Shown here piece after piece: positions 1 through 7,864 of a stretch of 64,000 nt of DNA. Position numbers and translations under genes: made by a program. Where the stretch lies: IMG/VR virus record IMGVR_UViG_3300005826_000294, positions 1 to 64,000 of that record. One strand, written 5' to 3'. Under the pieces are notes generated by a model. The model ran no database searches and had not been told where the DNA came from. It saw only the letters and a program-made list of their open reading frames with translations. The number at the start of each line of letters is the position of its first letter. Within the stretch, counting starts at the first letter, position 1.

Positions 1-63
1 GACCTAGACCAAGATTTACATAATTTTGGTTTCTTATATTTATTTTTCTTAAAAGGTTTTATT

Positions 64-240
64 TTAAAAATTCTTCGTTCCAAATTTAGATTTAGACCAA
101 GACCAAGGCCAAAATCCAGCCCAAGACCAAGACCAAGACCTAGACCAAGACCTAGACCTAGACCAAGACCAATACCAAGACCTAGACCAAGATTTACATC
201 TGTTTGGTTTCCTAAATTTATTTTTCCTAAAAGGTTTCAT
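64..240 (-). CDS. Basic Trp/Ser/Arg-repeat peptide (array unit)
   Basis: MKPFRKNKFRKPNRCKSWSRSW...SKFGTKNF; ATG 1 nt after the previous unit's TAA; paralogous units either side. Confidence 0.55.
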   Translation of the reverse strand: MKPFRKNKFRKPNRCKSWSRSWYWSWSRSRSWSRSWSWSWAGFWPWSWSKSKFGTKNF

Positions 241-241
241 T

Positions 242-394
242 TTAAAAATCCTTCGTTCCAAATTTAGATTTAGACCAAGACCTAGACTTAGACCAAGACC
301 AAGACCTAGACCAAGACCTAAACCAAAACCTAGACCAAGACCATGATTTACATGATCTTAGTTTCCTAATTTTACCTTTCTTAAAAGGTTTTAT
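242..394 (-). CDS. Trp/Ser/Arg-repeat peptide (array unit, ATA at the start position)
   Basis: IKPFKKGKIRKLRSCKSWSW...SKFGTKDF; start codon is ATA rather than ATG. Confidence 0.4.
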   Translation of the reverse strand: MKPFKKGKIRKLRSCKSWSWSRFWFRSWSRSWSWSKSRSWSKSKFGTKDF

Positions 395-410
395 TTTAAA
401 AATTCTTCGT

Positions 411-551
411 TCAATATCGAGATTTAATCCAAGACTCAAACCAAAACCTAGGCCAAGACCCACAAAATCTAGACTTATACCAAGATCTAGATCCAAACCA
501 CGATTTAAATAATTTCAATTTTCTAATTTTACTTTTCTTAAAAGGTTTCAT
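411..551 (-). CDS. Trp/Ser-repeat peptide (array unit, ends 5 codons early at TGA)
   Basis: MKPFKKSKIRKLKLFKSWFGSRSW...KSRY*; TGA stands where other units have GGA. Confidence 0.4.
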   Translation of the reverse strand: MKPFKKSKIRKLKLFKSWFGSRSWYKSRFCGSWPRFWFESWIKSRY

Positions 552-552
552 T

Positions 553-747
553 TTAAAAATTATTCGTTCCAAATTGAGATTTAATCCAAGACCAAGACCT
601 AGACTTAGACCAAGAATTAGACCAAGAATTAAGCCAAGACTTAGACCAAGACCCAGACCTAGACCAAGACCTAGACCAAGACCAAGACCAAGACCAAGAT
701 TTACATCTTTTTGGTTTTCTAATTTTACTTTTCTTAAAAGGTTTCAT
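553..747 (-). CDS. Trp/Ser/Arg-repeat peptide (array unit)
   Basis: MKPFKKSKIRKPKRCKSWSWSWSWSRSW...SQFGTNNF. Confidence 0.55.
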   Translation of the reverse strand: MKPFKKSKIRKPKRCKSWSWSWSWSRSWSRSGSWSKSWLNSWSNSWSKSRSWSWIKSQFGTNNF

Positions 748-911
748 TTTAAAAATTATTCGTTTCACATTGAGATTTAATCCAAGACCAAGTTAAAGAC
801 CAAAACCAAAATTCAGACCTAGACTGACACCAAGATTTACATAATTTTGGTTTTCTATATTTATTTTTTTAAAAAGTTTAAAAATTTAATTATATAAAAA
901 TATTTAATATA

Positions 912-974
912 ATCTTAACTTTGATTTGAATAGAAAAAAATAATTTATTAAATTATTCAAATCAAAGTTAAGAT
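912..974. terminator. Perfect 21-bp inverted repeat (terminator or processing hairpin)
   Basis: ATCTTAACTTTGATTTGAATA (912-932) and TATTCAAATCAAAGTTAAGAT (954-974) with a 21-nt loop; between the Sm-like gene stop and the array. Confidence 0.6.
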
Positions 975-1012
975 CGGTATGGAATTTAAATTCCATACCG
1001 ATCATTTTTACA

Positions 1013-1576
1013 CTACAAAACAGATTTATTCGATGCCCAAGTTGGAATACAAATCTGCTCTACTCCTTCAAAGCTTACAATCAAAGATCCTGGAATCTTT
1101 GATTCATGCTTTGTATTCTCAGATACAGCATCCCCTGTCTCATCAACTGCCCATACATCATGTAGAACCAATGATTGAACTCCTACTTTCTTTACTTTTC
1201 CACGATAAATCCAATTAAATCCCCAAACTGCTATATACCTGTCATCCCACTTTTCATCCTTTAAAACATCCTTCCATAGTCTTCCATTAATAGAACAATT
1301 TTCATTTGACTCATCCAATTTTGCATTGTTTGCAGCCCATGTTGGAATGCAAATTTGTTCAATAGAATCTAGATTTATAATTAGATCACTAGGAATCTTG
1401 GTCTCATGACTCACTTTTTGATCAGTTGCAAGACCTGTTTCTTCTACAGCATAAGGATCTCTTAAAGTAAGTGTTTGTGCATCTATATTACAAAGCTTTC
1501 CACGATAAACCCAATTCCAACTCCATACTGCAACATAACGACCCAAGAAATTTTCTTCACAAATAAACTCTTTCAT
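1013..1576 (-). CDS. Tandem Sm/LSm-like fold protein (two ~85-aa domains)
   Basis: Internal duplication RY(V/I)AVW..NW(V/I)YRGK...L.L.D..AV(E/D)ETG...HE(T/S)KIP..LI(I/V)...EQICIPTWA.N; AGGAG RBS before ATG 1576. Confidence 0.55.
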   Translation of the reverse strand: MKEFICEENFLGRYVAVWSWNWVYRGKLCNIDAQTLTLRDPYAVEETGLATDQKVSHETKIPSDLIINLDSIEQICIPTWAANNAKLDESNENCSINGRLWKDVLKDEKWDDRYIAVWGFNWIYRGKVKKVGVQSLVLHDVWAVDETGDAVSENTKHESKIPGSLIVSFEGVEQICIPTWASNKSVL

Positions 1577-1587
1577 TTTCTTTCTCC

Positions 1588-2742
1588 TTAAAAAACTTTT
1601 ACTATTCTTCCCCAAGGTGGGGTTCCACTACGATCTCTTTCACTCATCCATACAACAGGATATTGAGGCTTCTCTCCAAATGTTGCATGACAATCACTAA
1701 TTGCTACACAAACATCAATAATTCCTTTAAATTTATTAAAACCATCTGTTAATATAGTTCCTCCTCCTCCTTTCACATTTCCATATTTATATATATCTCT
1801 TATATTTTTAACATGGAAAAATGTTTGAACTTCTGTGTCAATTGATAAAAACCAAACATCTTTAAAATATTTACTAATATGTTTTACCTGAGATAAACAT
1901 TTATTTATTAATTCATTACTCATTGATCCTGATGTATCTAAAAGAATTCCAAGTCTTGACTCATATCCTTTAAGACCAGGATAAATTATATTACTTTGCC
2001 TCCTAGATAATTTAGCATATGAATAATCATCTTTACCTCTTGAACTATTGATGGAATTTTTTATTTTTAATCTAAAAATTTTCCTCCAATCTGCTTCTGG
2101 TTTAGAAAAGAACTCCTTTAGTTCAATTAATAAATTATTAGGAACATTTCCATGTTTTTCAGAATACTCCTTTATTAAAATTGCAGTTGTTCTTATAATG
2201 ATTTCTAAATCTTCTGGTGTAATTCCCTCTCCTGGTGTAATTCCCTCTCCTGGTATAGTTCCCTCTCCTTTATATTCTTCTACAAAAACATCCTGAATAA
2301 AAGATTTAAAATTTTCTTCAATATTATTTTTTAATTTTTCATAATAAAAATCTGCTGATTTAGATCTAGGAAAATTATAAGTTCTTGGATATAAAATTGG
2401 AAGACTACATGTAAATCCATATTGCTCCAAAATATCATTGTTATAAATATCAGAAGCCATATTAAATATTTTAGGAATTTTATTAGTTACTCTTTTAAAA
2501 TAATCTCCTAATAAATGAAGAATTTCATGTAATAATACAAACACCATATCTTCTTCATTTAATTTTAAACATTCTTCATTTATATGTAGAGTTCCTTTAT
2601 CTGAAATTGCCATATATGGAATTTTATTATTTATTACCGGCTTAATAATATAAAGTAAACTTGCCATATATGGTAATCTTTTTAAAGCTTTATATCTTAT
2701 TCTATATAAAAATTCATGACATTCTTTCTCCATTTTTGTCAT
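1588..2742 (-). CDS. VWA-domain protein with N-terminal HEXXH metallopeptidase (DUF2201-like)
   Basis: HEILH motif; MIDAS LLDTSGSM; GGGGT; SDC; downstream of a MoxR ATPase; GEGITP x3 linker. Confidence 0.85.
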   Translation of the reverse strand: MTKMEKECHEFLYRIRYKALKRLPYMASLLYIIKPVINNKIPYMAISDKGTLHINEECLKLNEEDMVFVLLHEILHLLGDYFKRVTNKIPKIFNMASDIYNNDILEQYGFTCSLPILYPRTYNFPRSKSADFYYEKLKNNIEENFKSFIQDVFVEEYKGEGTIPGEGITPGEGITPEDLEIIIRTTAILIKEYSEKHGNVPNNLLIELKEFFSKPEADWRKIFRLKIKNSINSSRGKDDYSYAKLSRRQSNIIYPGLKGYESRLGILLDTSGSMSNELINKCLSQVKHISKYFKDVWFLSIDTEVQTFFHVKNIRDIYKYGNVKGGGGTILTDGFNKFKGIIDVCVAISDCHATFGEKPQYPVVWMSERDRSGTPPWGRIVKVF

Positions 2743-3040
2743 ATTTTTCTCCTCGAATTAAATAATATCCATTTCCAAATTTAATTTTATTTATAGGAAT
2801 ATTTAATTTCTTAGAAATATTCTCCCTTTCATCAATAATCTTTGTTGCTGTTTTTTTATCTAAATATTTAATCATATCTTTGTTTTTTGCATCATCTAAA
2901 ACCTGTCCATATTTATTAACAATTAACTTATATAAAATTTTTTCTATATCATTGTTATACCAAGAAAATTCAAATATTTTTTTTAACCCATTCAAACCAC
3001 TAATCACGTCAATATTATTAATTATTTTTTCGTAATTCAT
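2714..3040 (-). CDS. Hypothetical protein
   Basis: ORF overlapping both neighbours in the operon. Confidence 0.6.
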   Translation of the reverse strand: MNYEKIINNIDVISGLNGLKKIFEFSWYNNDIEKILYKLIVNKYGQVLDDAKNKDMIKYLDKKTATKIIDERENISKKLNIPINKIKFGNGYYLIRGEKYDKNGERMS

Positions 3041-4077
3041 AGTTCTAATCCCTCAACCAGATTAAGAAACTCTTTAGAATTTCCTAAGTTCTTATTTAAT
3101 AGTTCCGTAACAACTTGAACTTTAATATCATTTATACTTATAGAAGACATCACCTCACAAAATTTAGGAACATGTTCATTATATTTAAAAACAAAACTCA
3201 AAGTAGCCATAATAGATGTGTAAATTTTATCTATCCTGTTTGGCATAGCATTTTTATATAAAATGTCAGTTGGAAGTGGAAGATCTAATTTCGCCATGTA
3301 CTCGTAAACTTCCTTTGTAATTCCTTCTCCAACACATCCTTTAATATAATCAAAAGCAGAAATTCTCTTTGTCCTACATGTTGCCCAAAGCCTACACGTC
3401 ATTTCCCATGATCTTGGTGAAGCAAATGATCTATCTTCAACATTTCCTTGAATATTATCTCTATTTGTTTTAAGATAATTAGTAATAATAGAAGTAACAT
3501 AACTATAATTTTCGTCCCATAGTTTTTTATCTATAGGAGAATAATCAACAACTTTTTGTTTATTGAATTGAAGGTAATCTCCAAACATTTCAACATCAGG
3601 TTTAAGATCAAAATGACAAAAACGATTGGCTAGTGGTGGTTCTAAATCTCCAGAATTTGCCCCCTCTTCTGCAGGGTTACATGCAGCAATAATTAAAGTG
3701 TCCTTTGGAAGAACAACCTCTCCTACAACTTTTTCACAAACAATTCTCAAAGCCGCTGCTTGAACAGCAGGAGGAGCACAATTTAGTTCGTCAAAAAATA
3801 AAATCCCACCATTATGTTTAACTAAATTATTAGCCCATGATGGTGGAAAAAGTTCAATTCCATTTTCTGTCCTTACTGGAAGACCACCTACATCTGCCGG
3901 ATCTCTAATACTTAAAATTACAACCTCACAATGAAGTCCCATTTGTTTTGCTATGGAAGAAATAATAGCACTTTTACCAATTCCAGGGGAACCCCAAAAT
4001 AATAGAGGAATCCCTCTTCCACCATCACTTCGTTGTGTAGCCCAACTGACTTCTATTGCTTTGCTTAGAATTTCCAT
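3037..4077 (-). CDS. MoxR-family AAA+ ATPase
   Basis: Walker A GSPGIGKS, Walker B LFFDELN, AACNP, ANRF, SPRSWE; likely start ATG 4077 after GGTGA. Confidence 0.85.
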   Translation of the reverse strand: MEILSKAIEVSWATQRSDGGRGIPLLFWGSPGIGKSAIISSIAKQMGLHCEVVILSIRDPADVGGLPVRTENGIELFPPSWANNLVKHNGGILFFDELNCAPPAVQAAALRIVCEKVVGEVVLPKDTLIIAACNPAEEGANSGDLEPPLANRFCHFDLKPDVEMFGDYLQFNKQKVVDYSPIDKKLWDENYSYVTSIITNYLKTNRDNIQGNVEDRSFASPRSWEMTCRLWATCRTKRISAFDYIKGCVGEGITKEVYEYMAKLDLPLPTDILYKNAMPNRIDKIYTSIMATLSFVFKYNEHVPKFCEVMSSISINDIKVQVVTELLNKNLGNSKEFLNLVEGLEL

Positions 4078-4101
4078 TACTTCACCTTTAAAATTTGTTT
4101 G

Positions 4102-4133
4102 TTTAAAAATTCTTCGTTCCAAATTGAGATTTA
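4102..4133. repeat. Solitary copy of the 32-bp array core motif
   Basis: 31/32 identical to the array copies at 63 and 552. Confidence 0.9.
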
Positions 4134-4140
4134 TTAAATA

Positions 4141-4217
4141 TAAGGTGTTTAGCTCAATTGAAAGAGCATCGGACAAAAAGATCCGGGAGATGTAGGTTCA
4201 ATTGAGCTGAACACCTT
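4141..4217 (+). ncRNA. tRNA-derived 21-bp hairpin in inverted orientation
   Basis: Arms 4141-4161 and 4197-4217 (one G-U on plus strand); 4141-4202 aligns with the tRNA-like gene at 12514-12586. Confidence 0.55.
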
Positions 4218-4234
4218 AGGTAATCGGTAATCCT

Positions 4235-4399
4235 CTATTGATATTTTATTCTCCGCTGTTTCTTTCTTTGAATCGTCTTTTCTTTTTCCTTCTTCTTAAT
4301 ATATTTATGCTCATAATTCTTAGAAGATTTATTATCTCCTTCTTCATCAATTTCATCATAGTCAAACCAATTATCATATTCAGGCCATTCTTCATACAT
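4235..4399 (-). CDS. Small acidic/basic hypothetical protein
   Basis: AGGAG RBS before ATG 4399. Confidence 0.5.
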   Translation of the reverse strand: MYEEWPEYDNWFDYDEIDEEGDNKSSKNYEHKYIKKKEKEKTIQRKKQRRIKYQ

Positions 4400-4429
4400 T
4401 TTTACTCCTCCAAAAATTTCAGAAAATAA

Positions 4430-4592
4430 ATGATTTGAAATCTTTTGTGTGCTCATGAGAACATGAACTATTGTTAGAAATTACATCACTACCAAAAGAA
4501 TAATTTATCCAAAATTTATCAGGATATTCAACAACAGGTCCATCTTCTTGATGAAATTTTCCAATTAAACACTATTCTTTTTTAATATTCAT
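4430..4592 (-). pseudogene. Degenerate H(R/Q)EDGP-repeat protein remnant
   Basis: MNIKKE*CLIGKFHQEDGPVVEYP; in-frame TAG at 4572-4574; paralog at 5101-5370. Confidence 0.5.
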
Positions 4593-4636
4593 GGTTTTTT
4601 TCCCAATTGATTTGTTGTTTATTAGATGTTCAATAG

Positions 4637-4709
4637 TAGGCCCGCAGGGATTTGAACCCTGAACCTTTTGGTTAAAAGCCAAATACTCTACCAGTTGAGT
4701 TACGGACCC
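4637..4709 (-). tRNA. tRNA-Lys(UUU)
   Basis: Cloverleaf; anticodon arm TTTGG-CTTTTAA-CCAAA; T-loop GTTCAAAT; no encoded CCA. Confidence 0.9.
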
Positions 4710-4716
4710 TAAAATT

Positions 4717-5046
4717 TTATCTATATATTCCCTTCTTTGAATTACACTTCATACAATAATGTCCTACTTCCTTTGATGAAGATATTTTCTTTTTTTGGAA
4801 TTTTGAAGAAAATTTTGTAAGAGTTATAGTAATAATATCTTTAACAACACATGGACATTCAACAATAAAAACTATAAATATAAAAACAATATATAATGGC
4901 CAAAAAATCCACCATACAATATCATTCTCAATTTCATATGGTTCGACCATTTTAAGTTTAATTTTATTACCAATTACTATAAAAATTAATGGTATGGTTA
5001 CATAACTAATTATACATATTAAAAAAATTATTGGATATAAAACCAT
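4717..5046 (-). CDS. Membrane protein with a C-terminal CxxC tail
   Basis: Two hydrophobic segments; tail SSSKEVGHYCMKCNSKKGIYR. Confidence 0.65.
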   Translation of the reverse strand: MVLYPIIFLICIISYVTIPLIFIVIGNKIKLKMVEPYEIENDIVWWIFWPLYIVFIFIVFIVECPCVVKDIITITLTKFSSKFQKKKISSSKEVGHYCMKCNSKKGIYR

Positions 5047-5100
5047 AAGAACCTCTGACTTGTTTAATTCACTAATATTTATCTTACATCTCGACCAACT

Positions 5101-5370
5101 TTACTTCTTTCCGCCAACCTCGATGATTTTTCCATTGTACCTATTATTAAACTCTTCCTCGCTTAATTTTTTTCCGTTTAAAAACCAAAATTTCTCTCCA
5201 TTAACATACTCAACAGCTGGACCATTTTCTCGATGATGTTTTCCATTTAAATACCATACTTTATATCCATTATTATATTCAATAGCTGGTCCATCTTCTC
5301 GATGATGCTTTCCTTCTTTATTAAACCACTCTGTTCTGTCTTTATATACTCTTACAATATATTCTTTCAT
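5101..5370 (-). CDS. HREDGPA-repeat protein
   Basis: Two GKHHRE(D/N)GPA(I/V)EY repeats; AGGAG RBS. Confidence 0.8.
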   Translation of the reverse strand: MKEYIVRVYKDRTEWFNKEGKHHREDGPAIEYNNGYKVWYLNGKHHRENGPAVEYVNGEKFWFLNGKKLSEEEFNNRYNGKIIEVGGKK

Positions 5371-5379
5371 CTTAAACTC

Positions 5380-5754
5380 CTACCGATTTACCTTATGTAA
5401 AAACACATCTTCACTATAATATCCGTTTGATATTCCAAACCACCGAAGTGTCACTGTTCCTTTAATTGTTGAAATATGATAAAAAGTCCATGTTTCTTCA
5501 TCATATTCTACATTATAATTAAGATCATAATTAGATGGAGATCTCCCCCTATTTGATCTTTCTAATGCATGTATAATTGGTGTTCCAATAAGATCTTCTA
5601 GATCTCCGCAAATATCTTCTAATCAAACCTCTTCACAACAATCTTAGTCATGAAACATTTTATAATGATCATCGCCTATGAAATGTAGAGTATCTCCGTC
5701 TTTGTAAATCTTATGAAATGTCTTATCAATCAAAGTTTCAAATGAAACTATCAT
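5380..5754 (-). pseudogene. Conserved phage protein (H-x-QDCCE...TWTFY...WFG.SNGYYS type) broken by two in-frame stops
   Basis: A single frame of 125 codons with TAA at 5644-5646 and TGA at 5623-5625; no frameshift. Confidence 0.7.
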
Positions 5755-5768
5755 CGTTTTCTCCTTTA

Positions 5769-5841
5769 TAGGTGCGCAGGGACTTGAACCCTGAACCTTC
5801 TGGTTAAAAGCCGGATACTTTTCCAATTGAGTTACGAACCC
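5769..5841 (-). tRNA. tRNA-Lys(UUU), one mismatch each in the acceptor and anticodon stems
   Basis: Paralog of 4637-4709; loop CTTTTAA. Confidence 0.7.
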
Positions 5842-5848
5842 TAAAATT

Positions 5849-6394
5849 TTATCTATAAATCCCTTTTTTCGGATTACACTTCATACAATAATGTCTTACT
5901 TCCTTTGGTGAAGATATTTCCTTTACATGTGGGATACTGTTTCTCGGATCCAGACATGTCTCAGTCAGGGTTGCCCCTCGCAGATTCGCACTTATCAGAT
6001 TCGCGCCGTCCAGATCCGCGCCGGTCATATCCGCGCCTCGCAAATCCGCGGAGGTCAAGTCCGCGCCGGTCAGATCCGCGCCGGACAGATACGCCCATTG
6101 CAGATTCGCCCATCGCAGACACGCACCTCGCAGATCCGCGCCGGACAGATCCGCGCGAGCCAGATCCGCGCCGGACAGTTTCGCGCCGAACAGATCCGCG
6201 CCGGACAGTTTCGCGTTGGCCAGAACCGCGTCTCGCAGTTTCGCGTTGGCCAGAACCGCGTCTCGCAGATCCGCGCCGGACAGTTTCGCGCCTTGCAGAT
6301 TCGCGTTGGCCAGATCCGCGCCTTGCAGATTCGCGCCTCGCAGATCCGAGCCTGGCCTGATATTGTACTCGCGACCATTTATCGTCCTCTTCAC
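5849..6394 (-). CDS. Pentapeptide-repeat protein fused to the C-terminus of the 4717-5046 protein
   Basis: A(D/N)L.G repeats; ends ISSPKEVRHYCMKCNPKKGIYR. Confidence 0.85.
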   Translation of the reverse strand: MKRTINGREYNIRPGSDLRGANLQGADLANANLQGAKLSGADLRDAVLANAKLRDAVLANAKLSGADLFGAKLSGADLARADLSGADLRGACLRWANLQWAYLSGADLTGADLTSADLRGADMTGADLDGANLISANLRGATLTETCLDPRNSIPHVKEISSPKEVRHYCMKCNPKKGIYR

Positions 6395-7113
6395 CCTAGC
6401 ACCTCCAGTTTCCTACATCTCCACTTATTGCTTGTCCTGTGCAGATCTTCCCTCCTGCACCTGACACGTACGATACTTCGATCAGGGTATTTTTTTCCTA
6501 TCCATTCCCTACTCGCTAGGTAGATTCCGGGGTGACACTTTGTGTCAGACGTGGAGAAATAAGGGGCTGTGTATTCTCCAGGTGTGTAATGTGTGTCTCC
6601 AACCTCAGTAGACCTCTCGGTCCGCCAGCCGTAGATCCAGTCGTCACCCCCGATCTCGAGTCCTCCTCCGAGTATCTCTGCGTCTGTCACGCGTGGGATA
6701 CTGTTGCTCGGATCCAGACATGTCTTAGTCAGATCCGCGCCGGTCATATCCGCGCCTCGCAAATCCGCGGAGGTCAAGTCCGCGCCGGTCAGATCCGCGC
6801 CTCGCAGATCTGCGGAGGTCAGATCCGCGCCGGTCAGATCCGAGTCGGCCAGACCCGCGAAGGTCAAGTCCGCGCCGGTCAGATCCGCGCCTCGCAGATC
6901 CGCTCCGGTCATATCCGCGCCTCGCAGATTCGCGTGTCGCAGATCCGCGTTGGTCAGATACGCGCCTCGCAGATTTGCGTCTCGTAGATCCGCGCCGGCC
7001 AGATACGCTTGTCGCAGATCCCTCCATTGCAGATTCGCCCGTCGCAGATCCGCGCATCGTAGATTTGCGCCTGGCTTGATATTGTACTCGCGACCATTTA
7101 TCGTCCTCTTCAC
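6391..7113 (-). CDS. Pentapeptide-repeat protein with a C-terminal domain (CHPGIYLA motif)
   Basis: ADLTG/ADLRG repeats; 4-bp overlaps with both neighbours. Confidence 0.9.
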   Translation of the reverse strand: MKRTINGREYNIKPGANLRCADLRRANLQWRDLRQAYLAGADLRDANLRGAYLTNADLRHANLRGADMTGADLRGADLTGADLTFAGLADSDLTGADLTSADLRGADLTGADLTSADLRGADMTGADLTKTCLDPSNSIPRVTDAEILGGGLEIGGDDWIYGWRTERSTEVGDTHYTPGEYTAPYFSTSDTKCHPGIYLASREWIGKKYPDRSIVRVRCRREDLHRTSNKWRCRKLEVLG

Positions 7114-7547
7114 CCTAGCACCTCCAGTTTCCTACATCTCCACTTATCTCCTGCCTTGTGCAGATTTTTCCTTCTGCATCTCACACGCACGATACGTCGC
7201 CTGGGGTAGTTTTTTTCCAACCATTCCCTGCTAGAGAGGTAGAGACCAGGATTACGCTTTGTATTAGATGTAGAGAAATAAGGGGCTGTGTGTTTCCCTA
7301 AGATGTAATATGTTCTCCCGGATGTGACTGACTTCTCCACCCGCCATCCGTAGACCCAGCATGTGTCGCTGATGGACATTTCTGTCAGGTATGACTCGCG
7401 GAAGTTCGCCCAACGCAGATTCGCCCTAATGAGGTCTATCCCGCTGAAGTCTGACTCGCAGAGGTATGACTTGCGAAAATCCATACAACGCAGGTCCGCC
7501 CTCGGATAAATTTCGTACTCAACTCCGTTTTTATTTTTGATCTTCAT
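7110..7547 (-). CDS. Degenerate pentapeptide-repeat paralog with the same C-terminal domain
   Basis: Shares YGWR...TAPYFSTS...KWRCRKLEVLG with 6391-7113. Confidence 0.75.
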   Translation of the reverse strand: MKIKNKNGVEYEIYPRADLRCMDFRKSYLCESDFSGIDLIRANLRWANFRESYLTEMSISDTCWVYGWRVEKSVTSGRTYYILGKHTAPYFSTSNTKRNPGLYLSSREWLEKNYPRRRIVRVRCRRKNLHKAGDKWRCRKLEVLG

Positions 7548-7769
7548 TCGTTCACATACCTTTGATGAAATGTTTTACCAACTAAAGTTTTAATAAAAAA
7601 TCATTTTCATGATTTTTTTTTGGTTGTTTTACTATATTATTTTTAAAATTTTAAAACTTACTCATCTACTTTTAAATTTAATTTGATATATTTCTGTGTA
7701 TCAATAATAAATATATGTTCACTATAATACACCAATCTATATTCATTGTTTTTTCTTATTAAATATAAA

Positions 7770-7842
7770 TTGGTTCAATAGGACTTGAACCTACAATTTT
7801 CCGATTATGAACTGGGAGCTCTACCAATTTAACTATGAACCA
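7770..7842 (-). tRNA. tRNA with CAU anticodon (Met-like), degenerate anticodon stem
   Basis: Acceptor TGGTTCA/TGAACCA and T arm GTAGG-TTCAAGT-CCTAT intact; anticodon stem has two mismatches. Confidence 0.55.
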
Positions 7843-7864
7843 TAAACCTATTAAATTATGAATT

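Larger units (their letters stand above)
1..885 (-). repeat. Tandem array of 5-6 units: conserved ~80-bp block plus variable AGACCA/AGACCT hexamer tract; continues past the left edge
   Basis: 32-bp core TTTAAAAATTCTTCGTTCCAAATTGAGATTTA (with variants) at 63, 241, 395, 552 and 748; periods 178, 154, 157, 196; degenerate sixth unit at ~834-885. Confidence 0.95.

Noticed and set aside
1-885. CRISPR array (the 4101-4130 30-mer GTTT...ATTGAGAT resembles type I-B repeats)
   Set aside because: Periods are 154-196 bp, the spacers are self-similar hexamer tracts, repeats are diverged, frame is preserved, and no cas genes are in the window.
5905-7234. Plus-strand and alternative-frame ORFs over the pentapeptide genes, and other plus-strand ORFs in the track
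   Set aside because: Shadows of repetitive or AT-biased minus-strand genes, with no RBS or motifs.
5849-7547. Diversity-generating retroelement TR/VR pair among the pentapeptide paralogs
   Set aside because: Differences involve all four bases rather than only adenines, and there is no reverse transcriptase in the window.
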